The translations under genes and the position numbers were made by a program. Under the pieces are notes generated by a model. That model was not told the origin of the DNA and searched no databases. It saw nothing but the letters and a program-made list of their open reading frames with translations. Source: an uncultured Actinomycetes bacterium (GTDB lineage: Bacteria; Actinomycetota; UBA4738; HRBIN12). From it: a DNA stretch of 64,000 nt. Positions within the stretch are counted from its first letter, which is position 1, and the number at the start of each line of letters is the position of its first letter. Below, piece by piece: positions 20,543 to 30,260 of this stretch. The stretch is taken from positions 320,001 to 384,000 of the forward strand of contig CAVPIB010000001.1 of assembly GCA_963704885.1 (NCBI GenBank), read 5' to 3'.

Positions 20543-21787
20543 ATGCCCATCATCGTCCAGAAGTACGGCGGGACCTCGGTCGGTTCGACCGAGCGGATCC
20601 GGGCCGTCGCCGATCGCGTGGTTCGTGCCAAGGAGGAGGGATTCGACGTTCTGGTCGCGGTCTCGGCCATGGGTGACACGACCGACGAGCTGCTCGCCAT
20701 GGCCCGGCAGATCGCTCCCATCCCCGAGCCTCGTGAACTCGACATGTTGCTCACGGCGGGCGAAAGGATCGCGATGTCGCTCCTGGCGATCGCGATCAAT
20801 GCCCGAGGATGCAAGGCCGCGTCGTACACGGGCTCGCAGGCTGGCATCATCACCGACACGCAGCACGGCGCCGCGCGGATCGTCGAGATCCGTCCGAAAC
20901 GGATCCTGGAGTCGCTCAGGGAGGGCAACGTCGTGATCGTGGCCGGGTTCCAGGGCCTGTCAACGAACTACGACATCACCACGCTCGGCCGCGGGGGCAC
21001 CGACACCACCGCTGTCGCCATGGCGGCGGCGCTCGGCGCCGAGATCTGCGAGATCTACACCGACGTCGACGGCGTGTTCACCGCTGATCCCAGGATCGAG
21101 CCGCAGGCCCGCAAGATAGACGTGATCTCGTACGAGGAGATGCTGGAGCTCGCCGCATCGGGCGCCAAGGTCCTGCACGCGCGATCGGTGGAGTACGCTC
21201 GGCGACACGGCGTGAGGATCCACGTGCGCTCGTCGTTCCAAGACTTCGCCGGCACGTGGGTGCAGGAGGTGGACGAGCAGCAGATGGAGAACGTCTTGAT
21301 CTCGGGCGTCGCTCTCGACGACGGCGAGGCGAAGGTCACACTCGACCGCGTTCCCGACAAGCCGGGGGTGGCGGCCACCGTCTTCAAGGCGATCGCGAGC
21401 GAAGGCATCAGCGTGGACATGATCGTGCAGAACGTCTCTCACGAAGGCGCTACGGACCTGTCGTTCACGGCGCCACTCGCCGACGTCCCCCGACTGGAGT
21501 CCGTGATGGATCGCGTGGTCAAGGAGGTCGGCGCCACTACCTACTCGATCGACGGAGACATCTCGAAGGTCTCGTTGGTGGGCGCCGGCATGAAGGCTCA
21601 CCCGGGTGTTGCCGCGGACCTGTTCGATGCCCTGGCCGCCGACGGCATCAACATCGAGATGATCTCGACCTCGCCGATCAGGATCTCCTGCGTGATCCGC
21701 AAGGCGGACGCCGAGCGCGCGGTGCGCTCCATCCATGCGCGGTTCGAACTGGATCAAGACGGAGCGAACGCGGCCGATCGGCTGTGA
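20543..21787 (+). CDS. lysC: Aspartate kinase
   Basis: VQKYGGTSV, SAMGDTTD, TTLGRGG, YTDVDG..ADPR and two ACT domains. Confidence 0.96.
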   Translation: MPIIVQKYGGTSVGSTERIRAVADRVVRAKEEGFDVLVAVSAMGDTTDELLAMARQIAPIPEPRELDMLLTAGERIAMSLLAIAINARGCKAASYTGSQAGIITDTQHGAARIVEIRPKRILESLREGNVVIVAGFQGLSTNYDITTLGRGGTDTTAVAMAAALGAEICEIYTDVDGVFTADPRIEPQARKIDVISYEEMLELAASGAKVLHARSVEYARRHGVRIHVRSSFQDFAGTWVQEVDEQQMENVLISGVALDDGEAKVTLDRVPDKPGVAATVFKAIASEGISVDMIVQNVSHEGATDLSFTAPLADVPRLESVMDRVVKEVGATTYSIDGDISKVSLVGAGMKAHPGVAADLFDALAADGINIEMISTSPIRISCVIRKADAERAVRSIHARFELDQDGANAADRL

Positions 21788-21862
21788 ACCTCCCGCGACC
21801 CGTGGCGGTCCGCCTGGCTTCCTCCTGGAGCCGTATGCCTCGCCCGGTACGATGACACGATC

Positions 21863-22888
21863 ATGAAGGTCGCGGTCGTCGGAGCCACCGGTGCCGTCGG
21901 CCGGGAGATGACTCGCATCCTTCAGGAGCGTTCATTCCCCGTCGACGAGTTCATCCCGCTTGCCTCCTCACGCTCGGCGGGACTCACGGTGGAGTTCAAC
22001 GGCACGGAGCACATGGTGCGCGAGCTGTCGTTGGACGCGCTCCGTGGAGCGGATGTCGCGCTCATATCGGCGGGCGCAACGGTGTCGAGGTCGTTCATCC
22101 CCCAGGCGGCCGCTGCCGGAACCACTTGCATCGACAACTCCAGCGCCTTCCGGATGGAGGCCGACGTCCCGCTCGCGATCCCGGAGGTGAACCCCGGGTC
22201 GCTCGAAGGACATCCCAAGATCGTGGCCGTACCGAACTGCACCACCATCACCGCGATGCTTGCGGTCGGGCCGTTGCACAGAGCGGCCGGCCTGCGCTCG
22301 CTCGTGATGTCGTCTTACCAATCGGTGTCGGGTGCCGGGTGGAAGGGCACCAGGGAGCTGATCGAGCAGATCGCCAAGCTCCACGGTCAGGAGGAGGAGC
22401 TCGGCCGGCCCGACGCCCATACTCTTCCCGCCGGCGACGTGTTCGGCAAGACGATCGCGTACAACGTGGTGGCCAAGATCGGTGAGTTCGCCGACGGCGG
22501 GTATACAGGTGAGGAGCTCAAGATCATCGCCGAGCCGAAGAAGATCCTGGATCTGCCGGATCTGGACGTCGTGGCGACGGCCGTCCGCGTGCCCGTGCCC
22601 GTGGGGCACTCGGTCAGCATGGTCGCGACCTTCGATGGCCCGATCTCGCCCGAGGAGGCGCGCGAGGTGCTGGATACGGCGCCGGGCGTCGAGGTCCGTG
22701 ACGATCCCGCGAACGACGTCTACCCCAGTCCACTCGAATCGGCCGGGCTCGATGTGGCGCTAGTGGGCCGGATCCGCCAGGTCCCCGGCAAGCCAGACGC
22801 GTTGGTGCTCTTCAGCTGCGCGGACAACCTCCGGATAGGCGCCGCCCTGGATGCGGTCCACATCGCCGAGCATCTCTTCACCCGTTAG
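21863..22888 (+). CDS. asd: Aspartate-semialdehyde dehydrogenase
   Basis: VGATGAVG, IDNSSAFR, PNCTT, YQSVSGAG, VRVPV..GHS and DNLRIGAA. Confidence 0.96.
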   Translation: MKVAVVGATGAVGREMTRILQERSFPVDEFIPLASSRSAGLTVEFNGTEHMVRELSLDALRGADVALISAGATVSRSFIPQAAAAGTTCIDNSSAFRMEADVPLAIPEVNPGSLEGHPKIVAVPNCTTITAMLAVGPLHRAAGLRSLVMSSYQSVSGAGWKGTRELIEQIAKLHGQEEELGRPDAHTLPAGDVFGKTIAYNVVAKIGEFADGGYTGEELKIIAEPKKILDLPDLDVVATAVRVPVPVGHSVSMVATFDGPISPEEAREVLDTAPGVEVRDDPANDVYPSPLESAGLDVALVGRIRQVPGKPDALVLFSCADNLRIGAALDAVHIAEHLFTR

Positions 22889-22922
22889 CGCGCGACCGCC
22901 CTACTGTCTAGTCTGAAACAGC

Positions 22923-23423
22923 CTAGTTGTCGTCGATATGCTGGCCACCCGGATCTACGTCGTCCGTAAGCGGCTTAACGAACCAGGCTCCGTAGTTCGA
23001 CCACCGCTCGCGGGAGTAGAAGGCGATCGTCCCTTCGCGCCATGAGGCCGTCACCAGCGCCATCCGGAAGCAGCCGCGTTTGCGCGCCAGCTCCTCGGCG
23101 CGGCCGAGGAGACGGCTCCCCACTCCTACGCCCTGAGCACTCTCGGTGACGACCAGGTCGTTCACTCGCGCCTGTGGTCTGTGATCGCCCAGCCGCTGGT
23201 GATACTCCATGTCCACGACCCCCACGATGCCATCGCGCGTCTCAGCCACGAGCGTCACGCTGTCCAGTCGACGCAGGTGTCCGGCGAACTGCATGCGGTG
23301 CGTCGCATCGTCGGCGGTCCCGGCGGCCACGCCTCGCCCCAGCTCCACGAGAAGACCGGCGACAGCGGGCCAGTCATCGGGTCTCGCGGCTCGAACCTTC
23401 AGGGTCGTCACCGCGGCTCGCAC
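22923..23423 (-). CDS. GNAT family N-acetyltransferase
   Basis: DLVVTESAQGVGVGSRLL motif A and AFY motif. Confidence 0.8.
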   Translation of the reverse strand: MRAAVTTLKVRAARPDDWPAVAGLLVELGRGVAAGTADDATHRMQFAGHLRRLDSVTLVAETRDGIVGVVDMEYHQRLGDHRPQARVNDLVVTESAQGVGVGSRLLGRAEELARKRGCFRMALVTASWREGTIAFYSRERWSNYGAWFVKPLTDDVDPGGQHIDDN

Positions 23424-23695
23424 CCGCAGGGGCGCTCACCGCACTTCGGACACCCTCGTGCGTACCGCGCCGCCGCCTCCTGCAGGTCCACACCCTCGAG
23501 GTTCGCGAGCGAGGCCAGCCACGCCAAGACGTCGCCGAACTCGTGGACCAGGTTCTCCCGATCGCCGGTTCGGAGCGCTCGCGCGAGCTCGCCCACCTCT
23601 TCGGTGAGCCAGCGGAACGTACCGTCGCGTCCACGGGCGGAGTCGCGCTCGCCGTAGGTTGCCCGCATGGCCTCTTGCAGGTCGCCGATCTCCAT
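23408..23695 (-). CDS. MazG-like nucleotide pyrophosphohydrolase
   Basis: WLTEEVGELA, HEFGDVLAWL and C-terminal CPKC...C.C. Confidence 0.88.
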   Translation of the reverse strand: MEIGDLQEAMRATYGERDSARGRDGTFRWLTEEVGELARALRTGDRENLVHEFGDVLAWLASLANLEGVDLQEAAARYARGCPKCGERPCGCEPR

Positions 23696-23739
23696 CAGGT
23701 CGAGGAGTGTAGTCGGCGTCCGGCGCCGACTCGATCGCG

Positions 23740-25053
23740 TCAGGCGACCGGTGCGGTGTTCGCCCGTGCGTTAGCCTTGGCCCGCTTGTTGATGTACATG
23801 CGCTCGTCGGCAGTGGCCATGAGCTGGTCCAGCGAACATGGTTGCTCCGGGTCGAACAGGGCCACGCCGGTCGAGAACGACAACACGAACGGCCGCCCCT
23901 CCTGCGCATTCGCTAGCTGGACGGCCTCATGCAGTCGCGCCACCGAAGCCTCGGCCGAGGCTTCGGTCTCTGTCGCGAACAGGACACAGAACTCGTCGCC
24001 TCCTACGCGAGCGATCAGATCGGAGGCACGGAACGTCTGGCGCATCACGTAGGCGGCCTCGGCGATCATGCCGTCCCCTGCAGAGTGCCCCAACGTGTCG
24101 TTCACGTGCTTCAGTCCGTCCAGATCGAGGAACAACAGCGCCGCGGGCATGTGGGTCCGCTTGGCCATCTCAAGGTGGTGCTCGGCGGTCGGCAGGAAGC
24201 CTCTACGGTTCGTCAGACGGGTCAGGGCGTCGGTCGTGCCCATCCTGCGGAGTTCCTCCTGCAACTCGATGACCCTCGAGCCGCTGCGGACGAGGACCTG
24301 ATCCAGTCGGCCGAGCTCATCGTCGGATCTGCTCGGCTGGCCGAGGGGCATCCCTTCCTCGAGCATGCGCGCCATGTCCTCCGTCCGTCGAATCCTGGTC
24401 ACCAGGCGATGTATGAACAGCAGGACCACGAGCATGGAGGCGAGCAGACCGAGCGGGATCCCAACCATCCCGACGAGGAAGGAGACCCGCTGGCTGGCGT
24501 CGAGGCGATCCTTCCTTTCGGCGAGTAGTCGCACGGCCTGCGATCCCTCCCTGTCCACCAGCTCACGGATACGCTCCGTGGCCAACCGGCCCTCGGTCAA
24601 GAGCCGGTTCAGCCGCGTGTAGTCCGTCAGTTCGCTGATCGGCGCGAGGAGCTGGGTTCGTCGCATGATCGAGAGTCTGGTGTTAGTCATCGACTGCAGT
24701 GAGATCACATCGGTCAGGTCCACCGACGTGGTCTCGGTCAAGGCGCGGAGGTCGGCCACGTCTTCTATGAGCCGCGTGGAACCGTCGTAGTACGCCTCCA
24801 GGAACGCTTCGTCTCCGGTGAGGATGTAACCTCGGGTGCCCGTTTCGGCGCCGGTCAGATCGACCAGCACCCGATCGAACGCGCTCCGGAGCGCAACGGC
24901 CTGCCGTTCGGCCTCGATGGCCTCGGTCGCGCGATCGCGCGATGTCACCAGCGCGAACGTCGCCGCGACGAGCACGACGAAGGGGACCGCCATGATGGCG
25001 ATGATCTTGGTACGAAGCGTCAACGGGTCCTCCTCGTTGCCCTCCTCAGGCAT
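23740..25053 (-). CDS. Membrane diguanylate cyclase with CHASE3 sensor domain
   Basis: Two TM segments, AETGTRGYILTGDEAFLEAY (CHASE3), DALTRLTNRR, DLDGLKHVND.LGH..GD and GGDEF. Confidence 0.9.
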   Translation of the reverse strand: MPEEGNEEDPLTLRTKIIAIMAVPFVVLVAATFALVTSRDRATEAIEAERQAVALRSAFDRVLVDLTGAETGTRGYILTGDEAFLEAYYDGSTRLIEDVADLRALTETTSVDLTDVISLQSMTNTRLSIMRRTQLLAPISELTDYTRLNRLLTEGRLATERIRELVDREGSQAVRLLAERKDRLDASQRVSFLVGMVGIPLGLLASMLVVLLFIHRLVTRIRRTEDMARMLEEGMPLGQPSRSDDELGRLDQVLVRSGSRVIELQEELRRMGTTDALTRLTNRRGFLPTAEHHLEMAKRTHMPAALLFLDLDGLKHVNDTLGHSAGDGMIAEAAYVMRQTFRASDLIARVGGDEFCVLFATETEASAEASVARLHEAVQLANAQEGRPFVLSFSTGVALFDPEQPCSLDQLMATADERMYINKRAKANARANTAPVA

Positions 25054-25089
25054 CGGACGCCTCGGATGGCCGCTTGACTCTGCAGGGAC

Positions 25090-25118
25090 TTGTCTACCAA
25101 GTGGTAGAGGGTCATAAT
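25090..25118 (+). promoter_or_regulatory. Sigma70-type promoter (TTGTCT-17-CATAAT) with palindromic operator TCTACCA-AG-TGGTAGA
   Basis: -35 at 25090-25095, -10 at 25113-25118, GTG start 7 nt downstream; perfect 7-bp inverted repeat at 25093-25108. Confidence 0.7.
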
Positions 25119-25125
25119 CTGCCGC

Positions 25126-27417
25126 GTGGTAGACAACGCCGAGAGCGGCGCGGGCTCGTTCATCGGGCGTCTCTCGGGGAAGCGGATCTTCCTCACGGGC
25201 GTCACCGGTTTCCTGGGGCAGGTCGTCTTCGAGCGACTGCTGGCCGACGTGCCGGATGCCCAGATCCTGCTGCTGGTTCGCTCCCAGACCGGCTCGTCGT
25301 CCAGGGATCGCGTGGAGTACCTGTTCCGCAAGCCCGCGTTCGACGGTCTGCGCGAAAGGGTGGGGCAGCCAGGGCTGGTGGCGCTGCTGGACGACCGTGT
25401 GGAGGTCGTCGACGGGGACTTCTCGCTAGGCGTGCCCTCGTTACCCGGAGACATCGACGTCGTGATCCATTCCGCGGCCGCGGTCTCGTTCGACCCGCCG
25501 ATCGACGAGGGCTTCCAGACGAACCTATTCGGCGCCATGAACCTGTATCGCGGCGTCGCCCAGAGCGGGTCGCGCCCGTCCCTGGTGCATATCTCGACCG
25601 CTTACGTGGCAGGGGTTGCGAAGGGTGTCGTGCCTGAGGACACGCTGGACCACCGGGTGGATTGGCGGACCGAGGGCGATCTGGCGCTGGAGGCGCGGCG
25701 CGACGTGGAAGCTCAATCGCGCAGGCCCGAGATGCTCGACGACTTCATGGCCAAGGCCACGAAGGAGCACTCGCGGGCCGGTCCCATGACGGTGGCCGAG
25801 GACGCCGAGCAGCGTCGGAAGGACTGGGTCTCCAAGCGCCTCACGCGGTACGGCCGCGCACGCGCGCGTTCGCTCGGCTGGCCTGACGTATACACGTTCA
25901 CGAAGGCGATGGGCGAGCGCGCCGTCGAAGAGCTGGCGTTCGAGGAGGAGCTGCCGCTCTCGATCGTTCGACCTTCGATCATCGAGAGCTCGCTCCTGCA
26001 CCCGTCGCCGGGGTGGATCGATGGTTTCAAGATGGCCGATCCGATCATCCGCGCATACGGCCTGGGCCAGATCCCGGAGTTCCCGGGGATCCCCGAGGGC
26101 ATCGTGGACATCATCCCCGTGGACATGGTGGTGAACGCGATCCTGGCGGTCGCCGCCACGCCGCCCGAGCCCCGCCATCCGGCCTACTACCATGTGAGCT
26201 CCGGGTCACGGAACCCGTTGCGCTTCCACGAGCTGTATCGATACGTACGTGAGTACTTCGAGGCGCATCCGCTTCCAGCACGTGGTCGCGGCGAGCACAA
26301 GGTGCCGGAGTGGTCCTTCCCGGGGAACCTGAGCGTTGAGCGCATGATCAGGCGAGCCGAGAAGCTGACCGATATCGCCGAGCAGGTCGTCACGCACCTG
26401 CCCAAGTCGAAGAAGATGCGCGAGCTCGTCTCGCGGGTGGATCGCGACAAGGCCCGGGTCGATTTCGTGAAGCGCTATTCCGACCTCTACGGCGCCTACA
26501 CGGAAGCCGAGGTCATCTACACCGACGACCGCATGCTCCAGTTGTTCGAGTCTCTCGGGGCTGACGAACGGGCCCGTTTCCCGTTCGATTCGGCCATGAT
26601 CGACTGGAAGTACTACCTGCAGGACGTGCACTCACCGGCGGTGACCCAGAGCCTCCGCGAGCTCTCGAAGCGTGATCGGGACAAGCCGGTGGTGAAGATC
26701 CGAGAACGAGAGCAGCCGGTGGTCGCGCTGTTCGACATGGAGGGCACCATCATCACCTCGAACGTCGTGGAGTCCTACGTGTGGACGCGGATGGCCGACC
26801 TATCACCCGACGAATGGCCCCGGGAGCTGGTGAGCGTGTTCGGCCGGATCCCCGGATACCTGCAGGTGGATCGGCGGGACCGGGGCGACTTCCTTCGGAC
26901 GTTCTTCCGCAGGTACGAGGGCGCCTCCGTGGATGGCGTGCAGAGGTTGATCGACAGCCACGTCGGCGAGTTCATGTTGCAGAAGGCGAGCGCGGCGGCG
27001 ATAAGGCGGATCCGCGAGCACCGGGCTGCAGGGCACCGAACCATCCTGATCACAGCTGCCGCGGAGATCTTCGTGCGGCCGCTGGCGCCGCTGTTCGACA
27101 TCGTGATCGGGTGTGAGCTGGAGGAGCGTGACGGCCGTTACACGGGATTCATGTCGTCGCCGCCACTCGTGGGCGAGGCGCGCGCCGCCTGGCTCCGGCG
27201 GTATGCGCTGCAGGAGGAGATCGACCTCAAGCACTCGTACGCCTACGCGGACTCTTACTCCGACCTGCCGCTCCTTCGGGCGGTCGGCAATCCCGTCGCC
27301 GTCTCTCCCGATTCCGCGCTGTACCGTTACGCGCGTCGCCGCCGTTGGCCGATCGAACCCTGGGCCATGTCGAAGGGCATGCCACGGGTTCGCTTCCCAA
27401 AGCCGGCGTTCCGATGA
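25126..27417 (+). CDS. Fatty acyl-CoA reductase (male-sterility/NAD_binding_4 SDR) fused to a C-terminal HAD-IB hydrolase
   Basis: TGVTGFLG, HSAAAVSFD, HISTAYV, YTFTK, VRPSII..PSPGW and DIIPVD (FAR); FDMEGT and YAYADSYSD..L..VG (HAD). Confidence 0.88.
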   Translation: MVDNAESGAGSFIGRLSGKRIFLTGVTGFLGQVVFERLLADVPDAQILLLVRSQTGSSSRDRVEYLFRKPAFDGLRERVGQPGLVALLDDRVEVVDGDFSLGVPSLPGDIDVVIHSAAAVSFDPPIDEGFQTNLFGAMNLYRGVAQSGSRPSLVHISTAYVAGVAKGVVPEDTLDHRVDWRTEGDLALEARRDVEAQSRRPEMLDDFMAKATKEHSRAGPMTVAEDAEQRRKDWVSKRLTRYGRARARSLGWPDVYTFTKAMGERAVEELAFEEELPLSIVRPSIIESSLLHPSPGWIDGFKMADPIIRAYGLGQIPEFPGIPEGIVDIIPVDMVVNAILAVAATPPEPRHPAYYHVSSGSRNPLRFHELYRYVREYFEAHPLPARGRGEHKVPEWSFPGNLSVERMIRRAEKLTDIAEQVVTHLPKSKKMRELVSRVDRDKARVDFVKRYSDLYGAYTEAEVIYTDDRMLQLFESLGADERARFPFDSAMIDWKYYLQDVHSPAVTQSLRELSKRDRDKPVVKIREREQPVVALFDMEGTIITSNVVESYVWTRMADLSPDEWPRELVSVFGRIPGYLQVDRRDRGDFLRTFFRRYEGASVDGVQRLIDSHVGEFMLQKASAAAIRRIREHRAAGHRTILITAAAEIFVRPLAPLFDIVIGCELEERDGRYTGFMSSPPLVGEARAAWLRRYALQEEIDLKHSYAYADSYSDLPLLRAVGNPVAVSPDSALYRYARRRRWPIEPWAMSKGMPRVRFPKPAFR

Positions 27418-27431
27418 GGGTGGTGCGCTGA

Positions 27432-28637
27432 ATGGCCCTGTCGCTCGAGCTCTTCCGGTCGGCGCCGCGCTACCTGGCCGCGCGTGCCGTCGGAGGCAGA
27501 GCGCCCGGTCTGGTGGCGGGCCCTCTGGCCCCGCTCCGGTTGGCGAGTCCTACGGACCCGGAGCCGCGCGGCCAGGGATGGACGCGCGTGAAGCCGCTCC
27601 TCTCGGGGATCTGTGGGAGCGACCTGGCCACGCTTGGAGGCAAGTCGTCCTTCTACTTCTCACCCCTCGTGTCTCTGCCGTTCGTCCCAGGTCACGAGGT
27701 CGTGGGCGAGGTGCTGGACGACGTCGACGGCCTCTCGGCGGGAGACCGGGTGGTCATGGCGAGCGTATTGACGTGCGCCACACGCGGCCTGGAGCCTTGC
27801 GGGAACTGCCGGGTCGGCCTGTTCAACCGTTGCGACTCGGTCGCGACCGGCGATCTCAAGGCGGGATTGCAGACCGGCTATTGCGCCGACACGGGGGGCG
27901 GTTGGAGCCGCATGATGCTCGCGCATCGCTCGCAGCTGCACGCGGTGCCGACGGCGATGGAGGACAAGGTCGCAGTGTTGATCGAGCCTTTCGCGTGCGC
28001 GATCCATGCGGCCATGCGGGCTAACGTGCCCGATGGGGGTTCGGTGTTCGTGGTGGGCGCGGGAACCGTGGGGCTTCTGACGTTGCTGGCCGTGAAGCTG
28101 CTGACTCGTGCCGATCATGTGATCGTTGCCGCGAAGCACACGCGTCAGCGCGCGGCGGCTCGCTTGGCCGGTGCCGACGTCGTGGTCGTTCCGGATCACG
28201 CCGTGAAGGCGGTTCGGCGTTCGGAGCACGCCATGAAGCTCACACCTGAGCGAGGGATGGACTTCCTGCTGGGAGGCGTCGACGTGGCGATCGAGTCCAC
28301 GGGCTCCAAGAGCGCTCTGGACCTGGCGCTGCGCACGACGCGGGCGGGGGGGCGCGTGGTGCTTTCCGGGATCCCTGGGCCCGGCGCCGACCTGACGCCT
28401 GTCTGGTTCCGCGAGCTGGAGCTGGCGGGCGCCTACACCAGCGGCATCGAACGCGTGGGCGACACGGACAGGAACGCTTTCGACATGGCGATCGAGCTGG
28501 CGAGCGGGCTGCCCATGCTCGCCGACATGGTCGGCGCAACTTATCCACTCGACCGGTGGCGTGAGGCGATAGACCACGCGTTGGGAGCCGGACGGCTCGG
28601 CACGTTCAAGGTGGCTTTCGCGCCACAAGAGACCTGA
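27432..28637 (+). CDS. Zinc-binding alcohol dehydrogenase (MDR family)
   Basis: GICGSD, GHEVVG, structural-Zn Cys cluster (C..C..C..C), EPFACA and GAGTVG. Confidence 0.9.
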   Translation: MALSLELFRSAPRYLAARAVGGRAPGLVAGPLAPLRLASPTDPEPRGQGWTRVKPLLSGICGSDLATLGGKSSFYFSPLVSLPFVPGHEVVGEVLDDVDGLSAGDRVVMASVLTCATRGLEPCGNCRVGLFNRCDSVATGDLKAGLQTGYCADTGGGWSRMMLAHRSQLHAVPTAMEDKVAVLIEPFACAIHAAMRANVPDGGSVFVVGAGTVGLLTLLAVKLLTRADHVIVAAKHTRQRAAARLAGADVVVVPDHAVKAVRRSEHAMKLTPERGMDFLLGGVDVAIESTGSKSALDLALRTTRAGGRVVLSGIPGPGADLTPVWFRELELAGAYTSGIERVGDTDRNAFDMAIELASGLPMLADMVGATYPLDRWREAIDHALGAGRLGTFKVAFAPQET

Positions 28638-28663
28638 AAGCAAGCCTGACAGGAGACCGACAG

Positions 28664-30250
28664 ATGCCCAGACCAGGATTCGTCCTCGAAGTCGACGAAC
28701 GGACCCCGCCGCTCTTGGTCCACCAAGGCGAGGGCTTCCGGATGCAGCGGTTCCCGCTCGGTTCGCGCGTCGTGTATCCACCCGACTCGCTGCCGGGAGT
28801 GAAGGACGTGAACGGGGCCATCCGCCACTCGCTCCTGAACCCGCTCGGCGCGGAGCCTCTGACGGAGTTGCTCAAGCCCGGCATGAAGCTGACCATCGCG
28901 ATCGACGACATATCGCTGCCGCTGCCGCCGATGAAGACCCCCGACATCCGGCAGCGGATCATCGAGCACGTGATCGAGCTGGCAGCGCGCAGGGGCGTGG
29001 AGGACGTGAAGCTGATCGTGGCCAACGCCCTGCACCGCCGGATGACCTCGAGCGAGATCAAACGGATGGTCGGCGAGCGGGTGTTCCGTTCGTTCTGGCC
29101 CAACGACCTGGCGAACTTCGACGCGGAAGATCGCGACCAGCTGACGGAGATCGGCGTCACCGATCAGAACGAGGTGGTCGAGATCTCCAAGCGTGCGGCG
29201 GAGTCCGACCTGATCGTGTACGTCAACATCAACCTGGTGGCCATGGACGGTGGGCACAAGTCGGTGGCGGTGGGGCTGGCCAGCTACAAGAGCCTGAAGC
29301 ATCACCACAACGTCGAGACGATGATGCATTCCCAGTCGTACATGGATCCTCGGCCGGGGCACAGCGCGATCAACGACTCGGCCACCAGGATGGGGCAGCT
29401 CCTGGCGGCGAGCGGCGTGAAGATCTTCCAGATCGAGACCACGGTCAACAACGACACGTTCCCGTCCAACCTGAGCTTCCTGAACAAGCGCGAGTGGGAA
29501 TGGTCCACCTACGACCAGGTGCTGATGATGGGGGCCAAGAAGGCCAACGACGTCGCGCCGCCGCGGGTCCGCCGCGAGTTCTACCGGCGGATCGAGGCCC
29601 CATACAAGCTGACCGGGATCAACGCGGGTGAGGTGGAAGCGGTCCACGAGCGGACGCTTGCGAACCTCCATCGCCAACAGTTGGTTGAGGTCCAGGGACA
29701 GTCCGACATCTTGGTGTTCGGGTTGCCCTACGTCTGCCCGTACAACGTGAACTCGATCATGAACCCGATCCTGGTCCACTGCCTGGGGCTCGGGTACCTG
29801 TTCAACATGTACCGGAACAAGCCCCTCGTGAGGCAGGGCGGCGTGGTGATCCTGTTCCACCCCGTCCCGTGGGAGTTCCACCAGATCCATCACCCGTCCT
29901 ACATAGACTTCTTCGAAGAAGTGCTCCGTGAGACCACGGACCCGGCAACCTTGGAGTCGAAGTACGAAGAGCGCTATGCCGCCGATCCGTGGTACGCGCA
30001 CCTATACCGGACCAGTCACGCCTATCACGGTGTTCACCCGTTCTACATGTGGTACTGGGGAGCGCACGGTCGCGACCACGCGGGCGATGTGATCTTCGTC
30101 GGCGGCGACCCCAAGTCGGTGGCGCGTCTGGGTTACCGAACCGCGGGAACGTTCCGTGATGCCTTGGAGATGGCGAAGGACACCGTCGGCTCCGCTCCGT
30201 CGATCACGTACATGCACACTCCGCCGCTATCGATCGCGGACGTGCGGTGA
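28664..30250 (+). CDS. LarA (lactate racemase)/DUF2088 family protein
   Basis: IRHSLLNPLGAEPL, TIAIDDISLP, ANALHRRM and GGHKS match the LarA N-terminal fold motifs. Confidence 0.8.
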   Translation: MPRPGFVLEVDERTPPLLVHQGEGFRMQRFPLGSRVVYPPDSLPGVKDVNGAIRHSLLNPLGAEPLTELLKPGMKLTIAIDDISLPLPPMKTPDIRQRIIEHVIELAARRGVEDVKLIVANALHRRMTSSEIKRMVGERVFRSFWPNDLANFDAEDRDQLTEIGVTDQNEVVEISKRAAESDLIVYVNINLVAMDGGHKSVAVGLASYKSLKHHHNVETMMHSQSYMDPRPGHSAINDSATRMGQLLAASGVKIFQIETTVNNDTFPSNLSFLNKREWEWSTYDQVLMMGAKKANDVAPPRVRREFYRRIEAPYKLTGINAGEVEAVHERTLANLHRQQLVEVQGQSDILVFGLPYVCPYNVNSIMNPILVHCLGLGYLFNMYRNKPLVRQGGVVILFHPVPWEFHQIHHPSYIDFFEEVLRETTDPATLESKYEERYAADPWYAHLYRTSHAYHGVHPFYMWYWGAHGRDHAGDVIFVGGDPKSVARLGYRTAGTFRDALEMAKDTVGSAPSITYMHTPPLSIADVR

Positions 30251-30260
30251 GGGGGCACGC

